A DNA stretch of 64,000 nucleotides from an uncultured bacterium. GTDB taxonomy: Bacteria > Fidelibacterota > Marinisomatia > Marinisomatales > TCS56. Shown here one piece after another: positions 1-11,000 of this stretch. The stretch spans positions 2,469 to 66,468 of the forward strand of contig CAYPJE010000006.1 in the NCBI GenBank assembly GCA_964410945.1. Direction: 5' to 3'. The notes below the pieces were generated by a model that was not told the DNA's origin, made no database searches, and saw only the letters and a list, made by a program, of their open reading frames with translations. The first letter of the stretch is position 1. Every line of letters begins with the position of its first letter. The translations under genes and the position numbers were made by a program.

Positions 1-998
1 CTCAGGTTGCGGATATGCTTGGCCGTCATTATCCCGGTCACGGCAAAAATAGTGATCGGGAAAAAGGATACCACCGAGGTTGGGATATGATGCAAAGGAC
101 CGGTCATCCACAGAATGACGGTCATCACGAATACGGGCATCACCAGGATCCGTTTCCACATCGGCAGCTGGGCCCCGGTTCGTGTCTGCCACTGCAAACC
201 GGTAATATTCACCGTATCAATTCGGGCCGGGTATGAAAACCGCAAATATAACCAGATCACAAAAAACAGAATGATTGCCGTGGGCAGGCCGGCTGTCATC
301 CAGCGTAGAAAATCAATGGTAGTGGCAGTTGACAGGGAGCCGGCGGCGATGGCATTGGGCGGACTGCCGATAATTGTACCCATTCCACCTACGTTGGCGG
401 CGAAGGGTATACCAATCAGGATGGCCTTGCGGAAAGGATCGGTTTTGGGTATCGAATTAACAATCGGCATAATTACAGCCATCATCATGGCTGTAGTAGC
501 TGTGTTGGACATAAACATGGAAAAAGTAAATGTAACCGCCATGGCACCGAATAGAACCGATCCGGGACGAGTACCAAACCAGTTTAGAACATAACGGGAA
601 AACAGACGGTCAAGACCGGTTACATGGGCTGCTTCCGCCAGGACGAAGCCACCAAAGAACAACCACATCAACGGACTACTCCAGGGCTGGACAAACATCT
701 CCCAATCCTTGGAAGTCTCAGCGAAAACACCGCCTGGTTTCCCCAAAATCAGGATTTGCAACATTATTATCAGTATAGCCACTGAGAAAGATGGTACGGC
801 CTCAGTGACCCAAAGGCCGGCGGCCAATAGCAGAATAAAAAATGACCAGGCTCCGGCCGGTGTTAATCCATTCCAATTGGGTACCAAAGCAACTACAGTC
901 GCAAATATGATGCAAAAAGCAATTTTATAGAGTGTTCTGAAGGAGGATATTTCCAGCTTTCCCCAAACACGTAATACTTCCCGGCGAGTGTCGATCAT
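1..998 (-). CDS. SLC13/DASS family anion permease, 3' end runs off the window
   Basis: Hand translation from ATG at 998: MIDTRREV...LWVTEAVP...LFFGGFVLA...FMSNTATTAMM...PFAANVGGMGTIIGSPPNAIAAG, typical DASS motifs. Not in the ORF track because no stop lies in the window. Confidence 0.85.
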   Translation of the reverse strand, partial: MIDTRREVLRVWGKLEISSFRTLYKIAFCIIFATVVALVPNWNGLTPAGAWSFFILLLAAGLWVTEAVPSFSVAILIIMLQILILGKPGGVFAETSKDWEMFVQPWSSPLMWLFFGGFVLAEAAHVTGLDRLFSRYVLNWFGTRPGSVLFGAMAVTFTFSMFMSNTATTAMMMAVIMPIVNSIPKTDPFRKAILIGIPFAANVGGMGTIIGSPPNAIAAGSLSTATTIDFLRWMTAGLPTAIILFFVIWLYLRFSYPARIDTVNITGLQWQTRTGAQLPMWKRILVMPVFVMTVILWMTGPLHHIPTSVVSFFPITIFAVTGIMTAKHIRNL

Positions 999-1113
999 AA
1001 TTTAATCCAAGGTTTTAGCTACTAGAAACAGTCCGGAAATTACTGGAATAAAGAAATATGTAACCGGGGTATTTTTGAACTGATAGAAAATTAAATTGGT
1101 TGATGTACTATAA

Positions 1114-1530
1114 CTATTTCCATAGTACCAGTACAACAGCAGCAATATTGAAGGCTGTGAATGAATAACCGGTATTCAGGATTGCCAGCTTCATTGACCG
1201 ATTTTCAAAAAGAACCAGATTGAGGGTACTCATACCAATAAATCCCACTGACAAAAGGCTTCCAACAATGATGGCATCTAATAATGTTACCGCATCGATC
1301 ACACCCAGTACAATGGCCAAAAGGATTATCGTAATGGCCGCTGGAAATATACTCAGCATCATCGATTTATTAGCATCATTCTGATTGATATCCTCCATTT
1401 TAAGACCAGTCAATTTCAGCCAGTAATTACCAAACAGGACCGGTGAGTACCAAAGGGCACCGATGATCATATTGGTTACGATTCCGGCCAGTACGGCCCA
1501 AGGATTAAAGAAATGGATTTCCAGTGACAT
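1114..1530 (-). CDS. DUF1761 family membrane protein
   Basis: WAVLAG...IGALWYSPVLFGNYW motif, four hydrophobic segments, GGAG RBS. Confidence 0.8.
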   Translation of the reverse strand: MSLEIHFFNPWAVLAGIVTNMIIGALWYSPVLFGNYWLKLTGLKMEDINQNDANKSMMLSIFPAAITIILLAIVLGVIDAVTLLDAIIVGSLLSVGFIGMSTLNLVLFENRSMKLAILNTGYSFTAFNIAAVVLVLWK

Positions 1531-1590
1531 GACGACTCCTTACTATTTAAAGATCTATTCAAATAGATACGATGGAACCAACCAGGAGTT

Positions 1591-1974
1591 TCAATCAATG
1601 CTGCTGTTTTCCAGCCATTGTAATGCTTCATCGCGGTGGTGGCATACTTTAAAATCCATTATCAGATCTGTGCTCAACATCTCCAACATTCGACCCAATC
1701 CGAAATGCAGGTCGTTACCAGCCACCAGAACAATGCGACCCGAACCTCGCCGATCCTGAATACCTTTAAAAAAAGAAATTCCTTTTTCAACTGAATTTAA
1801 ATCAAATTTCAGCTTGGCTTTTCCCAAATTTATCAGGGAGTTCATACCTTTTGAAAAATTTGTATCACGGACAAGTTTTTCTTCAAAGTCTTTCCACTCC
1901 AGAAGATCAATATTCCCACTTAATGAGACCTCAACCAGATTCCGGTCTTTGTTTATACAATACTCCATTCCCAT
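1591..1974 (-). CDS. Small SpoIIAA-like (STAS/SEC14-type) protein, paralogue 1
   Basis: 127 aa; FGLGRMLE and C-terminal DEALQWL motifs shared with neighbours. Confidence 0.6.
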   Translation of the reverse strand: MGMEYCINKDRNLVEVSLSGNIDLLEWKDFEEKLVRDTNFSKGMNSLINLGKAKLKFDLNSVEKGISFFKGIQDRRGSGRIVLVAGNDLHFGLGRMLEMLSTDLIMDFKVCHHRDEALQWLENSSID

Positions 1975-2095
1975 AATTGACGTTCGCCAGGAAACTGAAA
2001 AGATGCAATTAAAAATAATGCGGTGCGGTTTATGATACCCAAAATATCATGTCGTGAGAATTACCACTTATCTCCAAATACTAAATACTTTTTAC

Positions 2096-2473
2096 TTATG
2101 TCTTGTCATTGATCCACATGCGGGCATCATCCATGGTGGCAAATGTTTTTGCCTGCAAATTCAACTGATCACCGATCTTATTATATAAAACAAGCATCTT
2201 GTTGTTAATATCCTTTGGATATACTACTGCCCATTTGCATCCACGGAATGAAAATGAAAGCTTTTCAATATAGGTAATAAATTTTATCATCAGGTTAAAG
2301 TCTGTTTTGACAATTGCCGTGGATAAATCGGCAATTACATCAATCTTTGGATTCCAGTCCGGATCAATCATAACTCTATCAACATAGTCTAGAAAGACAT
2401 CCAGCTTAAACTGACCGGCACAAACGTACACCAGTAGATTATTGTGAACCGATAATTCATGCGAAATCACCAT
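2096..2473 (-). CDS. Small SpoIIAA-like protein, paralogue 2
   Basis: 125 aa; DVIADLS, KWAVV, FATMDDARMWI. Confidence 0.6.
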   Translation of the reverse strand: MVISHELSVHNNLLVYVCAGQFKLDVFLDYVDRVMIDPDWNPKIDVIADLSTAIVKTDFNLMIKFITYIEKLSFSFRGCKWAVVYPKDINNKMLVLYNKIGDQLNLQAKTFATMDDARMWINDKT

Positions 2474-2664
2474 ATTTAATCCTGCAATTAATAAATTTAC
2501 AATAATTTACGCATTGTCTACGACTAAAATAGCTCTATTAAATAAACAATAAAATGATTTTATAACTGATCAATAGGGTACAGTAAGACCAGGTTAACCA
2601 ATGATATTCAGGAAAATTTTAACAGATCGAAATGATAACAGGGCCAAAGATTGAGAATATTAAT

Positions 2665-3042
2665 CTATTCCAGCAACCACTCCATAGCTTCATCCATTGT
2701 GTGGAATATTTGAACCGCGCTGGGAGTATTCAGGGATAATGGCTGCTCATACATCCTTGCCAATCCGAAAGCTAAATCCTGACCAGCAACAAAAGCTGAT
2801 TTTTTATTACCCTCAATTCCCCAATTATCCTTTACAAACGAAACAAGGCTCGAAACCTGGTCGGCAGTTATGGATGATAAGTCTGCCTCATTGAGATCCC
2901 AGATGGAGTAGGGTAATTCGGCAAATCCGGGATCACCGTATAGTTCCTTCAGACTCGCAATTAATTCTTTATAATCAATCTTCCCCACCAGCCTGGAAAT
3001 CCTGATCAAATTATCGTGATCGATTTCAGTAATAACTGCCAT
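2665..3042 (-). CDS. Small SpoIIAA-like protein, paralogue 3
   Basis: 125 aa; IWDLNEAD, AFVAGQDLAFGLARMYE, FHTMDEAMEWL. Confidence 0.65.
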   Translation of the reverse strand: MAVITEIDHDNLIRISRLVGKIDYKELIASLKELYGDPGFAELPYSIWDLNEADLSSITADQVSSLVSFVKDNWGIEGNKKSAFVAGQDLAFGLARMYEQPLSLNTPSAVQIFHTMDEAMEWLLE

Positions 3043-3179
3043 ATTTACACTCTTGATATATTGCTTTTACCTGCCAAGTTGAATTTATTATTTTTACTCC
3101 AACAACTCAAGTGTGTTAATATAATTATCAGATACAGGTATGACAAATTAAATATTCTATTATACCCTATCTGGATTTA

Positions 3180-3773
3180 TCAGGAAGTTATTTTGACGAA
3201 TTGAGCAAATCCGGTCATCAGCATCTGCATCGCGATTGCAATCAGCAGCATTCCCATTAACCGTTCAATCGCAATCAGGCCTTTTTCTCCCAAAAACCGT
3301 GACAGCTTGCTTGAGCCGATAATGATCATGCCTGACACCAACCAGGCAAGAAATAATGCCAGCAGCCATTCAGGCCAACGTTCTGGTTCACGATTCATGA
3401 CCAGCAAGACAGCAGCCATGGCCGAGGGACCGGCAACATAAGGTATTGCCAAAGGAACAATAAACGGCTCACCAGATACTTCTTCCCCGGTTGTATCTTT
3501 AGGTCTCGGGAAAATCATTTTTATTGCGATCAGGAATAATATAGTCCCGCCGGCAGCCGTTAATGCCGGTTCTGATATTTGTAATGCCCAGAGAATATGC
3601 TGTCCTGCAAATAAGAATATCACCAATACGGACAGAGCAATGAGCAGTTCTCTGATAATGATCCGATTATGTTTTGATTGATCGGTATTCCTTAACGCCG
3701 CGATATAAAATGGAATATTACCAAACGGATCCATTACCAGCAGTAAAAGCAGTGCAGCTGAAAAAACGGTCAT
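3180..3773 (-). CDS. MarC family (YhgN-like) membrane protein; ATG 3773 preferred, ORF track uses TTG 3794
   Basis: VMDPFGNIP, AGGTILFLIAIKMIFP, PFIVPLAIPYVAGP, AIERLMGMLL signatures. Confidence 0.9.
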   Translation of the reverse strand: MTVFSAALLLLLVMDPFGNIPFYIAALRNTDQSKHNRIIIRELLIALSVLVIFLFAGQHILWALQISEPALTAAGGTILFLIAIKMIFPRPKDTTGEEVSGEPFIVPLAIPYVAGPSAMAAVLLVMNREPERWPEWLLALFLAWLVSGMIIIGSSKLSRFLGEKGLIAIERLMGMLLIAIAMQMLMTGFAQFVKITS

Positions 3774-3815
3774 TACTAATCTTTCTTCTGACAATTACTA
3801 ATGATTTTAATTCGA

Positions 3816-4472
3816 CTATATTTCATTGCTCAAATCGTAATCGGGGTAGAGCTCTTTGGCGCATTTGGGACAGATACCATGTGAAAACTGGGCACCCGTC
3901 CGGTCAGTAATATAAGATTCAACCTGTTCCCAGTAGCCATCATCATTTCTGATCTTTTTACAATTTGCACAAATAGGCAGTATGCCCCGCAGTAATTTTA
4001 TTTCATCCAGTGCGTGGCGTAGATTTTCATTAACCTTCTTAAGTTCCTCCTCCGCCAGCATCAGGGCTGTTAAATCAGTATGGGCTCCGAGCATTCTAAT
4101 CGGCTTTCCATTTTTATCACGTATGGCTACGCCACGGCAGCGCACCCAGACGGTCGAACCGTCTTTGTGGTGATAGCGCACAACCTGATCATAGGGATGA
4201 TTCGCATCGGCACAGTGCTTTTGGAAGTTATCGAGAGCAACCTGCAAGTCGTCCGGAAATATGAGATGCTGCCATTCGTCGGGGTGATGTTCCTTTTCGT
4301 CCGGATCGAACCCCAGGAGTTCCCAGAACCGGGGACTCATCCACTCATCGGTTTGTGTCTCCAAATCCCAGTACCACACGCCATCCAATGAGCCTACCTG
4401 CAAAAACTCAAATATCGTATCGTCCTGTTTCAGTAAGGAATATAACTCCTGCTTTAAATAATGGTCTGGCAT
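3816..4472 (-). CDS. PAS-domain protein with coiled coil and C-terminal Cys/His-rich domain
   Basis: GGAG RBS before ATG 4472; DGVWYWD...YHHKDGSTVWVRCRG PAS/PAC; C-terminal LPICANCKKIRND...FSHGICPKC. Confidence 0.85.
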   Translation of the reverse strand: MPDHYLKQELYSLLKQDDTIFEFLQVGSLDGVWYWDLETQTDEWMSPRFWELLGFDPDEKEHHPDEWQHLIFPDDLQVALDNFQKHCADANHPYDQVVRYHHKDGSTVWVRCRGVAIRDKNGKPIRMLGAHTDLTALMLAEEELKKVNENLRHALDEIKLLRGILPICANCKKIRNDDGYWEQVESYITDRTGAQFSHGICPKCAKELYPDYDLSNEI

Positions 4473-4775
4473 ATGTGTTTCTCCGTTTATGACTGCTCTA
4501 TTGGCAATCAGTAAGGACAATCATCAATCATGGTAAATGATTTCTTCTCCTGCAACCTACATCAAATTATACCACTGGAATTTCTATTCCAATGAAATTG
4601 CCTTTACATAACAACTTGGCTTTACAAATATTATGTATGTAAAAAAGTCGTATCATCAAAAATATGGTCTCACCTTTATATCACAGGCAATAAATAAAAA
4701 CTTTGCTAAGTCATCTGGAAAATTCTTCATTTAATTGATACCGATTGCAAAATATATTTTTCAAAGAATCCCGGA

Positions 4776-7748
4776 TTAGTCAAGATAAGGTTTAATTTTT
4801 TCCAGTAACTGATCTTTCATTATTGGTTTCGCCATATAATCATTACAACCAGCATTAATAACATTATCGCGATCTGAAGTAAAAGCATGAGCTGTCACAG
4901 CAATAATTGGTATTGACTTCCATTGCTTGGACTGTCGCATGAAGCGTGCTAAATCTAAACCATCTTCATTACCGACCAGAGAAAGATCAAGAAGAATCAA
5001 ATCTACATTATGTTCTTTCAATTGTCGCTTTGCCTCGACGACAGATATGGCATAATACAACTCGTACTGGTTTTGCAGGAAAAACCGGAAAAGGTTCTGG
5101 GCATTCTGATCATCTTCTACGATTAAAATACGACCTTTCTTTTTAACTGCTGGTAGTTCCGTAACAGTTACTTCTTTCTTTTTGGCTTTCAGTTTGGGCT
5201 TCAATATCTGTGTAAATACAAGGGTAAATGTGGTGCCGACATCTTTCTTGCTTTCCACTTTAATTGAGATTTCATTCAAATCCAAATAACGTTTGGTGAG
5301 TGCCAGACCCAACCCTACACCTTGATACTTTTTTGTATAACCAACGCTCTCCTGGGAAAATAACTCAAATATGTGTTTCTGGTATTCCTTTGACATACCA
5401 ATTCCGGTATCAGATATTTTCAGTATTAGTTGATTTTCTTTTTCTTGAAGGGAAACTGATACAATGCCTTTATCTGTATATTTAAGAGCATTGTCAAGCA
5501 GGTTGGATATTGCTTGTTGAACACAATATTTATCAGCCTTGATAAAGGGATTCTCTGCTTCAAATGAAAATTTGATTTCCAGATTATTCTCCGATGCCAG
5601 AGGATAATAACTTGATGTTATCCCACCAAGCACTTCAATCAGATTCAGAGCTTCAGGGTTGAGGTCAAAACTCATAGATTCAAGCCGTGAAATATCCAAG
5701 ACTCCATGAATGGTTTTTAGTAATCGCTTATTGCTACTCCTGATTACGTCAAAAAAGCGCCTTTCTTCAGGCTCAATTTTGTTACTCACCCGTTCTTCAA
5801 GTAATTCTGAAAAGCCGATGATGGAATTAAGCGGTGTTCGAATTTCATGGGACATGTTAGCCAGAAAAAGAGTCTTTAATTTTTCTGCTTTTTTTGATTC
5901 TTCATACAGTTGCGCATTTTGAATGGCAATTGCACTTAAATCAGCAAGATTTTCCAGAAAATCCAGATCGTGTTCCAGGAATTCATCCTCTCCTAATTTG
6001 CTTAATGTTATAGCCCCAATGACATCATTTTTAATCCTTAAAGGAGCACACATCAAAGATTCAGGCTCCAGTGGCGTACCCGGAACCAGCTTGCCGATAT
6101 TAGTTAAATCAATTCTGTTTACCATTCTGGCTTCATTTTCCTGAACAACTTTACCGGTTAAACCTTCCCCAACTTTCAATCTGAAATTCATTATCTCATC
6201 TTTGTATTTCCCATTTGACGCCAAAGGTTTTAAATATTCTTTCTCTTTTTCCAGTGTGAATAAGGTAACTTCATTCGCTTCGAATACCTCTTTAGTAATA
6301 TCAATGCAATTGTCTATCACCAATGTTGTATTCAGGCTTTGTGTGAGAATATGACTAGCCTCGTTGATTCCTCTCGTGCGGTTAATATGGTGTTTAATCC
6401 TCATCTCTGTCCGCTTGTATCTCAGCACCTCTACAATGGCAACAGAAAGATTTTCAACCATTTCCTGGTCAGCTATCTCATATCCCCCTTTTTTATTGCC
6501 CAAGCCAATCATACCTATGGTTTTACCTTTGTGCTTCATGGGAACGCATAAAAAGGACGTTAACTCAGGATGACCCTCTGGTATACCGACTCGATCGGGA
6601 TGATTCTTTATATCATCACCATTCACAATTTGAGATTTACCTTCCTGGAGAGTTGATTTATAAATACCTCTGACAGGCATGTTCTTAATGAGCTTCTTAG
6701 CATCGGATGCCACCATTTTACATGTTTCCCAGCCCGGATCGCTAATTGCAATGACATCAATAAGACCTTCGGCGTTGATCTCATCAATAAAACCGAATTT
6801 GCTGTCAGTAAGACCTTCTACTATTGTGAGACATGTCTTGCCTAATTCTTCATCGGTTTCACAAATCAATGCCCCTTGAAATACTTTATTAATTGCTTTA
6901 AATAACGCTGTTTGTCTTAATATCTGGTTTTCCTTCTGCTTATCCTCAGTGATATCACGTGATACTCCCATTACCCCAATTTGATTACCATCCGTGTCCA
7001 ATAAAACTGATGCTGAGAGCAGGGTTGGGAAAGTCTCACCATTTTTTCTTCGGTTGCGTATTTCCTTAACATGACGTCCATTCAGAACGGTCTTCTTATG
7101 TACTCTTAAACCCTCTCTGGGGTCGGCATAGAGTAGATTAATATGTCTTCCTAAAACTTCCTTTTGCTTATACCCAAAAGTCTTTTCCGCAGCTTTGTTA
7201 AATTCACTTATCTTTCGTTTATTATCCACAGCTATGATCATGTCCAAAGAACTGTCAATTAAATTTTGAGAGTATTCTCTTGACAATCTTGTCTCCTGTT
7301 CGGCCGCTTTTCGTTTTGAAATATCACGATTACTGGCACGATATCCAAAAAGGGTTCCTGCATCATCTTTAACTGGCTGGCAAATATGTTCAATCCAGCG
7401 CACTTCTCCATTCTTATGAAAAAACCGAAACCAGATTTCTTTCAATCCAGGATTTTCTTTTACATCATGGGTATGCCTTTCCCAAATATTCTTATCATCC
7501 GGATGAATAATATCCATCAGCAATTCCGGGTTTTCCATGAATTGCACAGGTGTATAACCTGTTATACGTTCACAGGAAGGAGATACAAACATCATTCTAT
7601 CGTCTGGAGTCAGCAAGTACTCCCAATCACTGGTAAATTCTACCACCAGGCGACATTGTTCTTCATTTTGTTCTAATACCAAGATTTGCTCGCGTAAATC
7701 AAGTATTTCCTGTTTTAACAGCTCAGTTGTATTAAGCTCTTCTTTCAC
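4776..7748 (-). CDS. Hybrid sensor histidine kinase (PAS-PAS-GAF-GAF-HisKA-HATPase-REC)
   Basis: H-box ANMSHEIRTPLNS, N-box NLLDNALKYT, G-boxes DTGIGM and GVGLGL, REC LILLDLSL...MAKP. Confidence 0.93.
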   Translation of the reverse strand: MKEELNTTELLKQEILDLREQILVLEQNEEQCRLVVEFTSDWEYLLTPDDRMMFVSPSCERITGYTPVQFMENPELLMDIIHPDDKNIWERHTHDVKENPGLKEIWFRFFHKNGEVRWIEHICQPVKDDAGTLFGYRASNRDISKRKAAEQETRLSREYSQNLIDSSLDMIIAVDNKRKISEFNKAAEKTFGYKQKEVLGRHINLLYADPREGLRVHKKTVLNGRHVKEIRNRRKNGETFPTLLSASVLLDTDGNQIGVMGVSRDITEDKQKENQILRQTALFKAINKVFQGALICETDEELGKTCLTIVEGLTDSKFGFIDEINAEGLIDVIAISDPGWETCKMVASDAKKLIKNMPVRGIYKSTLQEGKSQIVNGDDIKNHPDRVGIPEGHPELTSFLCVPMKHKGKTIGMIGLGNKKGGYEIADQEMVENLSVAIVEVLRYKRTEMRIKHHINRTRGINEASHILTQSLNTTLVIDNCIDITKEVFEANEVTLFTLEKEKEYLKPLASNGKYKDEIMNFRLKVGEGLTGKVVQENEARMVNRIDLTNIGKLVPGTPLEPESLMCAPLRIKNDVIGAITLSKLGEDEFLEHDLDFLENLADLSAIAIQNAQLYEESKKAEKLKTLFLANMSHEIRTPLNSIIGFSELLEERVSNKIEPEERRFFDVIRSSNKRLLKTIHGVLDISRLESMSFDLNPEALNLIEVLGGITSSYYPLASENNLEIKFSFEAENPFIKADKYCVQQAISNLLDNALKYTDKGIVSVSLQEKENQLILKISDTGIGMSKEYQKHIFELFSQESVGYTKKYQGVGLGLALTKRYLDLNEISIKVESKKDVGTTFTLVFTQILKPKLKAKKKEVTVTELPAVKKKGRILIVEDDQNAQNLFRFFLQNQYELYYAISVVEAKRQLKEHNVDLILLDLSLVGNEDGLDLARFMRQSKQWKSIPIIAVTAHAFTSDRDNVINAGCNDYMAKPIMKDQLLEKIKPYLD

Positions 7749-8017
7749 GATCTGCTCCCGGTTTCATGTTAATTCGTGTTTTCCAATAAAATTATATTCG
7801 ATAATTACGCTGGAGGTGCCGGAATAATAAATGAATCATTATGCTAAGAATTATTACACCAGGCGGGGTTAGTCTGTTTAAAAAAATAATAGCCCTCCAA
7901 CTAAATAGTTCTAAATCAGCTTTTTGCTAGTAGTTTATAGTAAACCGTACCATATTTCAAGGTTAAATTTTCCATAATTATCATTTGAGTTAAGAGTAAT
8001 ATCTATAGTCAACCGGA

Positions 8018-11000
8018 TTAGTCAAGATAATGTTCAATTTTTTTTAGTAACTGATCTTTCATTATTGGTTTCGCCATATAATCATTACAACCAGCGTTAA
8101 TAACATTATCACGATCTGAAGTAAAAGCATGAGCTGTCACAGCAATAATTGGCAGTGACTTCCATTGTTTTGACTGTCGCATGAATCGTGCTAAATCCAA
8201 ACCATCTTCGTTACCGACCAGAGAAAGATCAAGAAGAATCAGATCTACATCATGTTCTTTCAATTGCCGCTTCGCCCCGACTACGGAGATTGCATAACAT
8301 AATTCATATTGACTTTTCAGGAAATACTTGAAAAGGTTTTGGGGTTTTTGATCGTCTTCCACGATCAAAATGCAACCTCTCTTTACAGCTGAGATGGACT
8401 CTGAAACATGTGTTTCTTTAAAATCGACTTCCAGTTGAGGTTTTAATATCTTTTTAAATTGTAAGGTAAATGTGGTGCCAACACCCTTTTTGCTTTCCAC
8501 TTCGATAGGGATTTCATTCAAGTCCAAATAGCGCTTAGTGAGTGCTAGCCCCAGGCCCACACCCTGATACTTTTTTGTATAACCAACGCTCTCCTGAGAA
8601 AATAACTCAAATATATGTTTCTGGTATTCCTTTGACATACCAATTCCGGTATCAGATATTTTCAGTATTAGATGATCTTTATTTTCTTTTAGGGAAACGG
8701 ATACATCTCCCTCATCTGTATATTTGATAGCATTGTCAAGCAGGTTGGATATAGCTTGTTGAATACAATATTTATCAGCCTTGATAAAGGGATTCTTTAC
8801 CTCAAATGAAAATTTGATTTCCAGTCTTTTTTCCGATGCAGGAAAATAATAATTAGGGGTTATTCCTTCCAGTATCTCAATCAGATTGAGGGCTTCGGGG
8901 TTGCGTTCAAAACTCATCGATTCAAGCCGAGAAACATCCAATACCCCATGAACGGTTTTTAACAATCGCTCATTGCTACTCCTGATTATATCAAAAAAGT
9001 GCTTTTCTTCAGGCTCAATTTTATCGCATACCCGTTCTTCAAGTAATTGTGAAAAGCCGACGATAGAATTAAGCGGTGTCCGAATTTCATGGGACATATT
9101 GGCCAGGAAAAGAGTCTTCAATTCCTCTGCTTTTTTTGATTCTTCATATAGTTTTGCATTTTGAATAGCGATCGCACTTAAATCAGCAAGATTTTCCAGA
9201 AAACCCGAATCGTTTTCCAGAAATTGATCCTCTCCTAATTTGCTCAAGGTAATAGCCCCAATGACATCATTTTTAATCCGCAAAGGAGCACACATCAACG
9301 ATTCAGGTTCCAGTGGCGTACCTGGAACCAGCTTGCCGATTTTTGTTAAATCGATTCTATTTATGATTTTTGCTTTATTTTCCTGAACAACTTTCCCAGT
9401 TAAACCTTCCCCAATTTTCAATCTGAAATTCATGATTTCATCTTTATATCTTCCTTTCGATGCCAAAGGTTTTAAGTATTCTTCCTCTTCTTCCAGTGTG
9501 AATAGAGTTACTTCACTGGCTTCGAACATATCCTTGGCGATGTTGATACATCGGTCTATTATGAACTGTGAGTCCAAACTTTTTGTGAGAACATGGGTAG
9601 CCTCATTGATACCTTTCACTCGATAAAAATAGTGTTTTTTTTCTTTCTCTGCCCGCTTGTCTTTCAACACTTCCACTATGGCTACAGAAAGATTTTCCAC
9701 CATTTCCTGATCGGCAATCTCATATCCCCCTTTTTTATTGCCCAGGCCAATCATTCCAATGGTCTTACCTTCGTATTTTAAAGGAACTCCAAGAAATGAG
9801 GTTAGTTTTGGATGGCCTTCCGGCGTTCCAATCCGGTCTGGATGGGTAGCAAATTCAACCTCATTAACTATTCGAGATTCACCATCCCTGATTGTCGATC
9901 TATCAATTCCTCTGATAGGCATACTTTTAAGGTTTTCCCTGGCATCATTGACAGCCATTTCGCAAACATCCCACCCCGGGTTACTTATAGCAATAGTATC
10001 AAAAAGACCCGCCGGGTTAACTTCACCCAGTAAGCCGAACTTGCTCTTGGTAAGGTTTTCTGCTATGGAAAGACACGACTTCCCCAATTCTTCCTCGGTT
10101 TCACAGGTTAATGCCTCCAGGAATACTTTATTGATTGCTTCCAGTAAAGCTGTTTGGTTTACTATCTGGTTTTCCTTCTTCTTTTTCTCAGTGATATCCC
10201 GGGACACTCCCATCACCCCAATTTGATTACCATTCGTATCCAATATTACTGATGCTGAGAGCAGGGTTGGGAAAATCTCACCATTTTTTCTTCGATTGCG
10301 TATTTCCTTGACATGACGTCCATTCAGAACGGTCTGCTTATGTACTCTTAAACCCTCCCTGGGATTGGCATAGAGGATGTTTACATGTTTCCCGATAATT
10401 TCATCACGACTATAACCAAATGTTTCTTCCGCAGCCCGGTTAAATTCGGTAATCTTCCGCTTATTGTTTACGGCAATTATCATGTCTAAAGAACTGTTAA
10501 TCAGATTCTGCGAGTAGTCCCTGCTGATCTGGAGAGCTTCTTCAGAGCGCTTGCGTTCAACAATATCCCACACCAGGTCAGCAAGTGCGGAAACAGTATT
10601 AATATCATTTTGGGTATAATCAGTTGATTTGTTCCCAACTCCGAGAATGGCAGCAATCTTTTCATTTCGAAACACTGGAACGACCAGCTCACGTATCACC
10701 TTGGCATGATTTTCGGGCAGTCCTTTTCGATGTGATAGCGCGGCATAATCGTTATGGATAACTGGCTTTTGTTGATGAATACAATCAACCCATACACCAG
10801 CTTCATCGATACTATAGTGCTTACCTTTTCTCTCTGCTTTACAGAATTTCGATTTTGTTCTTGTTGACCAGTTTTGGAGCGTCAGAGATTTCTGATCTTC
10901 ATCCACAAAATGATAGAATCCAATCAGACTATCGGTCAATTTTTCTGCTTCGTTAAGAGTTTCTTCCAATAATTCATCAAGCGAGTGGGTATATGAGAAT

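Noticed and set aside
9635-9642. A8 tract in the second kinase as a phase-variation site
   Set aside because: The frame is intact and it encodes a Lys-rich stretch in AT-rich DNA; expected by chance
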